Source: Haplodiscus bocki (Eukaryota). From it: a DNA stretch of 64,000 bases. Each line of letters begins with the position of its first letter. Positions within the stretch are counted from its first letter, which is position 1. The notes under the pieces are model-generated. The model made no database searches. It was not told where the DNA came from and saw nothing but the letters and a program-made list of their open reading frames with translations. Position numbers and translations under genes: made by a program. Shown piece by piece: positions 1 through 9,979 of this stretch. The stretch is taken from assembly GCA_965655095.1 (NCBI GenBank), contig OZ296649.1, positions 63,860,001-63,924,000 on the forward strand, in the 5' to 3' direction.

Positions 1-677
1 AAATTTTTCAAGTTTCAAAGAAATTTACTAAGACAAGGGGTTTTGCATGTTGCTGCCGAAATTTGGCAGACGAAAAACAAATAAAGTTTCGCAAGTTTTT
101 GGATGCAGCGCAATTAACTATACATGTGCCGAACAACATTAGAATAGAATTAAAACAGATTACGTTTATAGCTACTCACGCCGATTCAACAATGAGCAAA
201 TATTATTTAAACGGTCACAGCGTCAAGGAAAAAAACAAATATGAGCAACTCTGAAGTTGTGATTGACTCAATAGAAGAACGAGAAATCTTGCGCTTCTAT
301 ATATCACTTGAAAACTTGAAGCAGCTGTGAAAACATTCAAAATACATTTACGCTAAAATCTCTGAATTGTCTATGTTTTATAATTTATTTGCCTGCGCTA
401 ATTAGTGCAAAATACAAAAACTTCAGCCAAGTTCAACTAGGACTCCCCAGCCTACTGCGAAAAAAGCAGCTCGCCCGCCCCATCAAGCTTTTTTATTTGA
501 AAAATTTACCTTTTATACTATTTCTCAGTTACATTTTTCTTATTCGTACCAGAAAACACAAAATAATAATATAAATATGAAGATTGAGTCATACTATTAT
601 AAGAAAATGATTTTTATTTGAAATTATATTTTCAGAAAGCTATGACTCAGCTCGTGGCGATCATTACATTTTTGGGG

Positions 678-1688
678 GGTCGCGCTCACATGAGGCAAAT
701 ACACTTACAAACATAACACTGTGCAACTAGTTTATGTCCAATTATAAAGCCCTTACCCCACTTGTTGTCAACTATTCAAAGTATTTGACTCAACAATCTT
801 TATGAAATGATAAAAAAAGCCACTAAGTTCTATGACTTCCCCCCTCACGATATGAATACGAGTACATATTATGCTAATGGGTATTCAAGCTAAAAAACAC
901 CAGTTGATTGCACCAAAACAGCTACACCCGAAATAATCAATGAGACAAGACCACACATGCGCATAACCAAAACAAGCAGACGGAAAAATGATTTATATAT
1001 CTTACATAACATCATGTATCGAATACAACACGTGTGAAAGCAAATGCAAGACGACAGTATAGACGAATTACAATCTGAAGTGATCAGTGTACCGATTTTA
1101 ACAAGCATACAGAAAAATGGACATGAGCTAAAAATTTGAAAAAAAAAGCGAATCTCGTATCCAAGGACTGTGTGTAACAATTCACTCAAGTGGATGGTCT
1201 GAAGGAAAGTTGCAAGAATCGACTAAAACATTTAACAATAAAAGCAACAGAAATCTTAAAAAATTGTTTCCGTAAATATTTATTTCAATTCCCTACCGAA
1301 GTTCTCACCACCTTGAACCAAAATACAGCTAAAACTCAAATTTGACACTATTCTCTTCCCACAGGCTGATCTGATAGCACAAGTCACCGAACCAAACTGT
1401 CAGAGAAAAATAGAACACTAATTACACAAGTCTTTGAAGTTGGTGATGTCCACCAGTCAGTTGAGTCCGCTAGCGATAACGAAGAAAATCTGCGATCAAC
1501 GCTACTTGACCTTAGAATGACTTCGAGCGGAATTGGCAGGCGGATAAATACTATTGTTGCGCGTCCATCAACACAACTAGAAACACTAATCCAGTCAGTG
1601 AGAGAACTTAATGAGGGAAATTCAACTCGCTCTACTAAAGGGAGCATAGTATTTGAACGATCAAGATCATCAGACCAACGTTCGCACA
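678..1688 (+). mobile_element. Degenerate LTR of a probable Ty3/gypsy-type retrotransposon
   Basis: Start (g)GTCGCGCTCACATGAGGCAAATAC resembles the start of the solo LTR at 57093 (TGTCATGCCCGCATGAGGGAAATAC). A C-tract block near 836-890 also has a counterpart near 57238-57300. Putative end TTCGCACA versus CCCGACA. Preceded by a G run. Boundaries are inferred. Confidence 0.45.
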
Positions 1689-1956
1689 TAACAACAGGAG
1701 CCGCTTCAAACCCAATTGACGAATGGCAAACCCAGCACCGCTACATCGCGAAATCTTCTGCCGGTAACACCCCATACTCGGGAAAAAACCACATGGCCGC
1801 AGAAGACGAATCCGGCGGTGAATGCGACGACCAAATTGACCAATTCATGGCCCCAACAACAAACCTACCAAGACGACTCCACACAACCCAAGCCAAGACA
1901 AAACCGATCAAACGCAAGTAGCAGTTTTCAACGGCCAAAAAGAGAAGTACAATGAG
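1400..1956 (+). pseudogene. gag-like N-terminal fragment, interrupted by the Polinton
   Basis: ORF 1517-1921 has a coiled-coil-like segment (RRINTIVARPSTQLETLIQSVRELNEGN) similar to ORF 58488-58862. After a frameshift it reads QTQVAVFNGQKEKYNE, resembling the P-x-F-x-G start of gypsy capsid domains. It stops exactly at the AGTAGT Polinton terminus. Confidence 0.5.
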
Positions 1957-2470
1957 AGTAGTAAGAGTGTGAGCTGATCAGGTGGGGGGGTCGAAGAGCC
2001 TATGTATTAAGATAGGCTAGAGCGAGCCGAGAGGTGCTGAGGGCCGAGAAGGGTCCTCCACCCTAGCCGAGATCTCTCGGGTGACGTACTGCTCGATTCT
2101 GATTGGCTGACGACTTGGATGACGTATTACTTGATTCTGATTGGCTGCCGATAGCCGAGGGTTCTCGGGTGTTCGATTTTGATTGGTTGTCCAGACGAGT
2201 TGTGTCGGTTCAAGATAGGTAATGCATGTATTAAGATAGGCAATAGAATTCGGTAATGTATAAGCATAGGCTATAGTTTGGCTCAATGTTTTAAGATACG
2301 GTATAGTTCAACGTATTAAGATATGGTATAGTTCGGCTCAATGTAAAAAGGAAGGAGTGGGTTCATTTTCGGCACTCTGAGATTTTTTTTCGGGAACTTC
2401 CGCCCACCCGCGCGGATAATTATTACGCCTGCGGATAACTCATTACGTGTGCGGCTTGATGCCTGGAAGT
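1957..2470 (+). repeat. Left terminal (TIR-like) region of the Polinton
   Basis: Begins AGTAGTAAGAG and is GC-richer than its flanks. Internal repeats: GTATTAAGATA-like x4, GATT(C/T)TGATTGG(C/T)TG x3, TAGCCGAG...CTCGGGTG x2. No partner TIR is visible in the window, so its length is unknown. Confidence 0.65.
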
Positions 2471-2498
2471 AAAAAGATTGTGGTCAATTTTAAAAGAG

Positions 2499-2969
2499 TT
2501 AATTAGAATATATAAAAAGGAAAAAACATATTATAAACTGCCCATTTACATACAAAGGTTGAAAAAAATACATGTAAAAACTTATAAAAGAGAGTACATT
2601 GACATTGTGAACCCCTGTTATTTCTTCCTGTTGAAACTTGAATAGATGAAAAGCTGCATATTTTGTATAAAAGCCGCATACATTTGGGTGAGACTGTAGG
2701 GGTGCTGGCATCATCTGCTTGTAGTGCTGGTTATTGTTGTTGGGAAAACTGTACCATTTACATCCAGGAGAGTCTGCAAAATACAATTCATATCGGAAAT
2801 TTTCAATCATGATCCAACGTTCACCCTGCATATTGCTGGGTTGTGTGTTGATAATAGCAAAAGTGTCATTGTTAAGAGTTGGAACATAGACTGAGGGTAA
2901 CAAACCGAGGTACCGAAATTTGAGCAGAGCAATACAATTGATAATTTGTTGCAGAGCAGAATTAGCCAT
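2499..2969 (-). pseudogene. Adenain-like cysteine (maturation) protease, Polinton PRO
   Basis: Motifs IINTQPSNMQGERW (usually N-T-x5-G-x-H-W; His replaced by Arg here), YFADSPG and LQSHPNVCGFY (oxyanion Gln and catalytic Cys). ATG at 2969 lies just after the MCP stop. Confidence 0.88.
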
Positions 2970-2971
2970 TT

Positions 2972-4305
2972 TCACACATTCTTTTCAACAGTACCAAACT
3001 TGTCAACTGCAATCGACGACATTCGTTCACCCAATACAATGAGTTCAGCTACGTTTTAAAGAAGATGAGTAAAATTTAGCTCCAGATTCAGTGGTTCTCC
3101 AACAAGTTTAAGATAATGACAATTTTCAGCAGCGTCTTGCATTGAGGTGAAGTCAAACACCAACACATAGTGATCTTTGAAATCATCAATGGGTATTGAG
3201 GGAATGTCATCCTGAGAGTTCATTGCTTTCATGGTGGTCACATAGAGACAACAATTGTCAGCAGTATCAAGATCTACAATTGGCTGTCCCCCTCTGAGTT
3301 TTCCAATTTGTCTGAGACCAAATTGTTGATACCAGAATGGGTTTTTAGTGAAAAAACCAGTGAAGGCATAGTTTGTGTTCATTGCAATCGCAATCCGACG
3401 AATGGGAGCCTTGTTGAAAATGTTTTCTTGAATGAATTGGTTTTGTGTTGCAGGTATGATGAATGTCTTTGCCAAAGTCTCCAAATATTTGTATTCTACA
3501 GGAGCATAAGCGAGCATGTCCATTCTCTTCTTTTAATAGTCATCCTTCAGAGCAATACGATGAGTGTAAGATGAACAATCCACAATTCCAACACAAACAT
3601 TGGGGTTGTCGCTAATCATGTAAAAATGGGTCTAGCTCTAATCAAACGCAGTCTAAATTTCATATTTGTATAGAGCAGTTCAGAAGTTGAGAAAAAGTGA
3701 ATCCCCAATTTGCCATACAACATGAAACTGTCAGGTCTACTTAGAAATTTCATTCTCCTTGTGAAAAAGGGATCAGGTAGGGGGTTAGTAACATGTTAAG
3801 GATCCTGTTCACAGTCATAGCCGTCACAATGCAAAACTCCCTTGTATTCAGAGACGGCTGCCTTAAGGTTGTTTGAAATGAAAGACTTGTTTGCATAGAG
3901 TACATTGGAATTGTAAATCTGCTGATTGTCAATGTACACTTCAGCATTTGAAAATATTGATTACATTATGTTGTTTACGTAGGTAACTCAAGCCACTTTT
4001 GTTCGTCGTACGTTCCTCTTTCAGTGAAAACAACAGACTCATCTTTGTGGTCACTTTTGTTTTTCTTACTCTAGTATGTATCGCAACCACGTCCCTTGAC
4101 AAGTTTGAGCTTCGAGGCCAAAAAAGACTGTTTCAAATCAACGTAAAAGTTCCGATCCGTTTGACTCTATGCAGTTTTCATCAAGTGAGGTAGTTGAATA
4201 AATTTATTGTTCATGCAAGGACAAGACATCGTCAACAGTTGGGCCCTTCCCTCCAGCATTTCCAGACACTGCCACAAAAGGTTGGTACCGAAAATTGTTC
4301 GACAT
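2972..4305 (-). pseudogene. Major capsid protein (double jelly-roll, Polinton PY/MCP)
   Basis: N-terminus MSNNFRYQPF...TTSLDENCIE..QTDRNFYVDLKQSFL. C-terminal half ENIFNKAPIRRIAIAMNTNYAFTG..KNPFWYQQF and YVLVFDFT..NLELNF match Polinton MCP motifs. About 1.33 kb with stops and frameshifts. Confidence 0.88.
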
Positions 4306-4309
4306 GGTC

Positions 4310-4645
4310 AACGACAAATGTTCGTAACATAGTCTCTTCACGACCGACTGGATTGTTTAGTAGATTTTGTTGGACCATTTCACCTCTGTTTACTACCGCT
4401 ACGCAATTAATTTTTCTGAGTTTGCCTTCCCACACTCTTTGCGGCCGTCTAATAACCTCTTCAATCTCTGGTGCAGCAAATTTCAACATATCAGCACCTA
4501 TGCGTTTTGCAGCTGGGACAAGATATGTAGGCAAAAAGTGAATTGCAGTTCTCCCAACAACTTGTGCAAGAGCCCCTAATCCCCTTCCCCTTTGTCTTCC
4601 AACCGCTCTACAGTATGGAATTTCTACTTGTCTTGAAGCAACCAT
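4310..4645 (-). pseudogene. Small basic virion/core-type protein with QRGRGLG motif
   Basis: MVASRQVEIPYCRAVGRQRGRGLGALAQVVGRTAI...PAAKRIGAD. The Q-R-G-x-G-hydrophobic motif is typical of the small gene between the two capsid genes in animal Polintons. The 3' part is frameshifted. Confidence 0.65.
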
Positions 4646-4663
4646 CTTGTATTATCGTATGTG

Positions 4664-5462
4664 TTAGAAGTGAATGTTGCACTCCTTTCTGAACATCAAA
4701 ACAAGCCGAATGATACCAACAGATACAAAGGGTATTCTTTCACTAGATGTGTCTCTCAGATCAATGTGTATACTATAAAAAGAATTTCTGAGCAAAGGTC
4801 TAAACTGTAGGTTACTGGATGTCTGATAGTTCATGTACTGTCCAGTTGTTATAATGTTTCCCCCCTTAGCTTTGATATTAAGGGAAAGCATCGTAGCAAG
4901 GGAGCTTTTACGTCTCCAACAATGTTGTTCTCAACTAGATCGCTGTAAATCTTCAGCGAATGGATACGAACAATGCCGTAGGCAACTTCGGTTTCTTGAG
5001 GACCTTTTCCTATAATCAGTACCCCAAATTCGTTCCCCATATTGTTACCAAAAATGTAACCCAAGTCGGTGCTACAGAATGCAAGACAAGAGGTATCGTT
5101 TGCAAGCATATTTGCAACTTCTTGCGTTCTGCACGAAACCTTAACTGTTATGCAAGTTTCGTTGTGGTTTTTTCTCCCTTGAATGAGCGTATTCATGACT
5201 TCCACAATATCTGTGAAAGAAGAAGACCAGGTTCCAGATTGTAGGTTATCGTAGATTTTGAAAGTTTCTCGTCAAAAAAATTGACTTTCCTCTCCGTTAT
5301 ATTTTGGTACATTGATGGGTAGGATATTCCTGAAATTGCAACCTCCCAATGCCCCTCCAAGTTTACTCGTTCTGGTAAAAACCTTTTTAAAAAACTGAGT
5401 CTATTTTCTGGAAACACTTCTCCAGAAGCGTTAGAAACCTACTGTATTTTAAACGATTACAT
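4664..5462 (-). pseudogene. Minor capsid protein (penton, single jelly-roll)
   Basis: SNAS.EVFPENRLS...LPERVNLEGHWEVAISGISYP at the N-terminus; IYSDLVENNIVGDVKAPLLRCFP and LQFRPL...SIHIDLRD...IPF...LVLMFRK at the C-terminus. Split over three ORF-track fragments. Confidence 0.87.
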
Positions 5463-5464
5463 TG

Positions 5465-6408
5465 TTAAATGACTTTAATCAGCTCTTTTTGATGAAATTT
5501 GCCTTGAACAATATCGTCCTGCTCATCTTGATTGTGTATGTTGGTGGTTTTCTTGTTGCAATTGATATAATTTCAAAAACTTCTCGACTAAACTGCAGCT
5601 TGTAACCTTTGAGAAAAGGCAAGTCATACGTTGAGATTCGCACTCCATCACCAATTTTGAATGTAGGTTTCTCATATTCTCGTAAAAGTTTACTGTAAAG
5701 AATAGACATAAAATCGCATTTCTTTACGGTATTGGGTCTCAAATCTATCGAACTGTTTCTTCTAGAGTTTAAGGTAGTGATAAACTGAGGTAGTCTGTGT
5801 ATATACTTGTATCCATAATCTTCCATTTAACGGTCAAGAATATTTTTCATTGATCGTAATGTACGTTCAGCAAAAACTGCCTTAGTTTCACTTATAGTAG
5901 AGTAACTTTGTATCCCCTCAGCTGCACAATTTTTTTAAGGGCTCCAGCAAAATCAAATTCGGTCCCCTTGTCAACAAGAAGTCTGGTCGAATTCTTTTTC
6001 GCTGCATTCCTTTTTGTAATCATGGACTAAAAGTCATTCACAGTTTCATGGGAATCTTTTGTTTTCATTCCTTTAGCATTTACAGTTCTACCAAGCAAGT
6101 CTTGACTAACTAGTAAATACTTTACACCGTTAATCTCTTTTGCCAATTTACCAACGTAAGCAAGAGCCATGCACCAAATTTCATTCCTGAATCTAGCAAA
6201 AGCCCTCACTCTCTTGAATTTTGTTGTTGCAAAAGTAAATTCTGTATAAGAAGCCTTTGTATGTAAAAACTGTCTGACCTTTGAAACTGGTAATCTGCTA
6301 GCTTTTGCCAAGTTGCGTACAGAACCCGTAAGCAGCAGCACCTTGCGTATACAGTCTTATTAGCTTCTGACGTTCATACTTTGAAAGGACCCCAGCTTCC
6401 TCTATCAT
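5465..6408 (-). pseudogene. Retroviral-like (rve, DDE) integrase of the Polinton
   Basis: LY...AAYGSV.NL, EIWCMALA (first catalytic Asp replaced by Ala), KYLLVSQD, VDKGTEF, FAERTLRSMK, FKIGDGVRIS...FLKGY..QFSREVFEI. Several frameshifts. Confidence 0.92.
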
Positions 6409-6783
6409 TAACTTTGGCATTCTGGTTGAAAATTCGAGAGGGTGATGTTCCAGCAGCGTCGGGTAAAGTAAAGTAAATGTCTGGAACGTCAGCGTTTTTT
6501 CGACGCAAATGTTGAGTAAAGTCTGAGAATAACACTCCCGTCTCAACACTATCCAAAATAATTGTTTCTGAATTTGAAAACTTGATGCGAGAACAGGATA
6601 AGATCTTGTCTATTAGGGCCTCTGCTTTACCAAACAGTTTTTTGTTAAAGTCTCTGTTTAGAGAATCAATGTGGTACGTGGGAGTTTGTTCAGCTTTATA
6701 CTGTGGAAGTTCCTGCTTTGCAACAGACTGCGTAGTGACACTCTTGTTATACACAGAAGCTGGTACAAAAACAAATTGGTCCA
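6374..6783 (-). CDS. Conserved uncharacterised Polinton protein upstream of integrase (136 aa, frame still open)
   Basis: MDQFVFVP...KAEALIDKIL..SRIKFSNSETIILDSVETGVLFSDFTQHLRRKNADVP resembles the conserved gene usually adjacent to INT. It overlaps the integrase start. Confidence 0.6.
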
Positions 6784-6785
6784 TA

Positions 6786-7061
6786 TCAAAACAAATGATT
6801 AATAACGGGAGGCGTAATGACGGCCAATAGCTGCAATCTTTTTTTTCTGACGACAAAACGTTTCTTCTTTGCTTCCTTGTTGTTCTTTTTAGCGATAATA
6901 ACCAAATTTTGTCTTGAAACTTTATCACGTGATGCCTTTTTAAGGCCTGCAAGTTTCTTTTGAGTCGGTTTACTATGCATTCGCATAGAAACCGGATAAA
7001 ATCTTCTGGTTAAGACTGAAGAAATTGGCTTTTGAATTTGCGGGAAAGCGATTGGAACACA
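6786..7061 (-). pseudogene. Small basic Polinton protein (LCEC-x-x-N motif, hydrophobic C-terminus)
   Basis: Reconstructed across a frameshift as DFIRFLCECIVNRLKRNLQALKRHHVIKFQ...RRNVLSSEK/LQLLAVITPPVINHLF. The pattern is typical of the gene downstream of the ATPase in animal Polintons. Confidence 0.6.
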
Positions 7062-7451
7062 TTGAGAGTAGAGAGCATTTGTTTGTTCGTCGTCCAAAGT
7101 CTTTAATAGCTTTAAACGTTCGGGAATATATATATAATTGAAGGAAAAGATCCACTGTTTGTGCAATAACGTAATCTATCGTCTGTCAAAAGTACAAGTG
7201 TTTTATACCGTTGTTTTTTAACGAATCAATAAATTCAAAGTTTACTCCACGCACAAACTCGAGATTTTCGATTTCTTTCTGCATAACAACATAAAGAGGT
7301 TGAGAATGTTGATAAAAAAGTAAATTTTGTCAAACTTTTGTTGAAATGTTCCATTTTTTAGCCAATTGTAAAGAGGCTGCGATTTTCCTGTTTCGGAAGG
7401 ACCAACCAATGAATTAAAGACACGATTTTTTGTAGCAGTTACCTTGTTCAT
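6973..7451 (-). pseudogene. Genome-packaging ATPase (A32/FtsK-HerA-like), internally deleted
   Basis: Walker A LVGPSETGKS, then KFDKIYFF and EFVRGVNFEFIDSLKNNGIKHLYF, joined directly to C-terminal TDDRLRYCTNSG. The middle of the protein is missing and the 3' end is approximate. Confidence 0.82.
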
Positions 7452-7708
7452 AATTTTGGTGAGGGTAAATTGTATCCTGCCTCACAAAACAAATATCCAA
7501 CCCGAACAGTTGAGTCGTTACAAATTTTCGAAAGGTGAATTCTCCAAAAACAACCAAAGATGATCAAAAAAATCACAAAAATTTGGGACAAAAACACAAT
7601 CAGCGATCTGGAACAGGTTTGTCCCAAAGAGGAGAACGATTTCCTCTCATGATTGTTGTCGTCAAAGACAATTTTACCTAGAAGAATTTTATCTTCTAGA
7701 TCAGTCAT
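7448..7708 (-). CDS. Small predicted membrane protein (86 aa)
   Basis: Hydrophobic run LIVFLSQIFVIFLIIFGCFW and C-terminal GYNLPSPKL. Its stop overlaps the ATPase start (ATGA at 7448-7451). Confidence 0.65.
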   Translation of the reverse strand: MTDLEDKILLGKIVFDDNNHERKSFSSLGQTCSRSLIVFLSQIFVIFLIIFGCFWRIHLSKICNDSTVRVGYLFCEAGYNLPSPKL

Positions 7709-7815
7709 CTGTTTCGTAAGCTCAATTTCTCATAAAGAATGCTATAGAAAAAATCAGGTCGAGTTGAAAGAATTAAATTAGTAGTAAACACAAATACAAA
7801 AAACACGTACAAAAT

Positions 7816-8280
7816 TCACAAATTTAAATGTTGCATAGCCCATTCTCCATACACGTTTGATTTCCTCCCGGCACAGTGAAGCCTTGTTTTGTGTCGGAAA
7901 GAGTAACTAGAGCAGATTCACGAACTGTCCGTTTTTCCTTCTCCATCAAGATGTTAAACTCTTGGGCATCCATAGTCAACCAAGTTTTCTACATTTTATC
8001 CGAGAAGTCTGGTCAACAGTCTACACTCTTCGAGTCTTTTAGCAAACACTTCTAAAATCATTACGTTTATGTCGTTAATGACAGCAAAAACTTTATCAAA
8101 ATCCATCTTTCCACTACTCCATGCAATTCCATGTAGATGACTTGTGTGCCATGTCGTCTGTTTATTAGGTTTAGAAGTCTTCGATGGACTAAATGGAACT
8201 CCTTGTAGAAAACCATCATTAAATAGTCCCAGTTCTTTAAATATGTTTTTCTCAGTTAGCTCTGTATCTAGTACAATCAA
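7816..8280 (-). pseudogene. DEDD/DnaQ-fold nuclease-like protein with Maelstrom-like E...C-H-C signature
   Basis: Single frame with three in-frame stops: IVLDTE...KELG...F.P...WHTSHLHGIAWSSG...FAKRLEEC...NVENLVDYGCP...ICSSYSFRHKTRLHCA...EWAMQHLNL. Confidence 0.55.
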
Positions 8281-8571
8281 AGACTTACTGTTTCAAAAGT
8301 CAACAGAATTGAAAATGGGAGGGTACAAAGATATTTACGTAATGACAGAACAATAGCCCAGTCGCTTGACCAAGCAAGCAAGAATTTGGACCTTGTCCAA
8401 TCATCTTTTGAATCAACCTTTTCATAATCTTGCAACTGCTGAGTTTCTACCAGAGTTGGTGGATTTTTTTTGGGAGAGTCTTTTGGTTTTTTTAAGTTCA
8501 AAAATGTTCAGTCCCAATGTCGTTTTTAGCTTGAGAAAGAAGTTTCTATTATCTCCAATGTTCCAACTCAT
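8277..8571 (-). pseudogene. Small orphan Polinton ORF
   Basis: Fills the gap between two genes in the same orientation (MSWNIGDNRNFL...LKKPKDSPKKNPP...). No recognisable motif. Confidence 0.3.
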
Positions 8572-8624
8572 CCTGAATCGATTAAAAAGAATAAATGATT
8601 AGAGGAAATAGTGGCAATTAATTT

Positions 8625-9205
8625 TTATAAAACATTGGAAATGGGTTGATTAGCAATTACTTCATGATACACCGAATTCATGATGTCAAGAAGATAAACA
8701 AATTCGTGAAGTGTATAGTTGACATACACAATTTGTTGAAATTTTCCCCCTCCTTCTTCCGTCCGAACAGACGAACTAGAGCACAGAGGGTTTTTGGGTT
8801 GTCCACCTTGTATCGCAGCAGTGTTACACAAATCCTTCTCTTTGAGCGATCCACTGCGTCAATCACTTTGTGAACCAGCTTCAGTTGCTTCTCCATGTTT
8901 TTGGACAGTGTAGATTGAAGAACTGGCGGCAAATTTTGCTCTCTGAGAAAGTTGTCTGCTGCAACAACTAGTTGATTTCTTCGTCGAACAAACTGATTGA
9001 AATCAGCTTCTCCCATTGTAAAGTTTTGTCTCGGTCAAAATTCTGCATCTTTAATTTCTCTCTTGAACACTTTTAGTTTAATGTATAGTTAGTTGGAGTC
9101 ATTTTTGGTCCAAGAAAAACGTCCCAAGCTGTCTTGACACTTGCGAAAGTCCACATAGTGAGTGCAAATTTGCTTGTCCAAGATTGGAAAAGTGTTATAA
9201 GCCAT
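8625..9205 (-). pseudogene. Putative tandem PC4-like ssDNA-binding protein
   Basis: ATG at 9205. Two units each end in strand-strand-helix patterns: LYIKLKVFKR...QNFTMGEADFNQF and LVRLFGRK...YVNYTLHEFVYL. Two stops and one frameshift. Confidence 0.45.
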
Positions 9206-9326
9206 CGTTCGTCCAAAAAATTGCTTTTAGTTGAAAGAAGCAAGTTGATTTAGGGAGTGAAACTTGAACATGGATTTGAGAGCTGTAAGTCGTTGCTTCT
9301 GTACGCGTCAGTGTCACGTTATACTT

Positions 9327-9336
9327 CCTTATAAGG
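9327..9336. promoter_or_regulatory. CArG box (CCTTATAAGG) in a divergent intergenic region
   Basis: Perfect CC(A/T)6GG palindrome between the minus-strand gene starting at 9205 and the plus-strand gene starting at ~9468. Confidence 0.4.
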
Positions 9337-9467
9337 AAACGCTTCCTTTTTGGGGGCGATAAATTTCCATGTATTATCATTCTTTCTTGTTTGGTAGCTT
9401 TGTACAACTAACAATAAAAAATTGTCTTTTCAGATTCACTTGTTAAAATTACGACAACTTTTTTGGG

Positions 9468-9979
9468 ATGGCAGTTGTAAAGTTACAAGTGATTCCCAGC
9501 TTTTTTGCTGAGTATTCAGAAAAATGTTTGTTTATTTCAGCAAACACGTACAAAAAAATATTGTGCGCAACGACTGTTCTGTATCTTCTCACAATGACAA
9601 GGCTTGTTTGGTGACTAACTGCAAATTTCACTTTATACTACATGGAAACTTTGAAGAGCTACTAAAGAATTTGGATACATTTTGCTTCACCTATCAACAC
9701 GTGGACTGTCTTTATACACTATTCAAGTATCGATTCAGTAGAAAAATTATTGCAAAGTGTGGAAAAGTGTTTGATAACGTGCAACAAGCAGTTGACTTTA
9801 ATAACAGAAACAAGGGAATGAACAGAATGCCGAGCATTGCAAAAAAGAGGCTCTTGCGGAAAAAGTTCAAAAAGTATTTATTCAGTTCCTTTCAAAAAAC
9901 AAAAACAACGAGGCCAGTGGTTCAATGTTTGCAAAAAGAAATGAAAAAGTCAAAAAAACTAAACTTGAAATGGAACTAA
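9468..9979 (+). pseudogene. Orphan plus-strand Polinton ORF (Cys/His-containing)
   Basis: ATG at 9468 (MAVVKLQVIP...), frameshifting into the 151-aa ORF 9524-9979. It is the only plus-strand gene in the accessory block. Confidence 0.4.

Noticed and set aside
2017-2286. 89-aa ORF in the Polinton terminal region
   Set aside because: It lies over regulatory-type repeats and has no protein motif, so it is likely incidental.
2499-6408. Catalytic substitutions (protease His to Arg, integrase Asp to Ala) as evidence of domestication
   Set aside because: Neighbouring genes and the integrase itself carry many stops and frameshifts, so neutral decay explains them.
7816-9205. In-frame TAA/TGA as an alternative genetic code or programmed readthrough
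   Set aside because: Stops co-occur with frameshifts and deletions, and several are one transition away from the expected codon (CAA, TGG).
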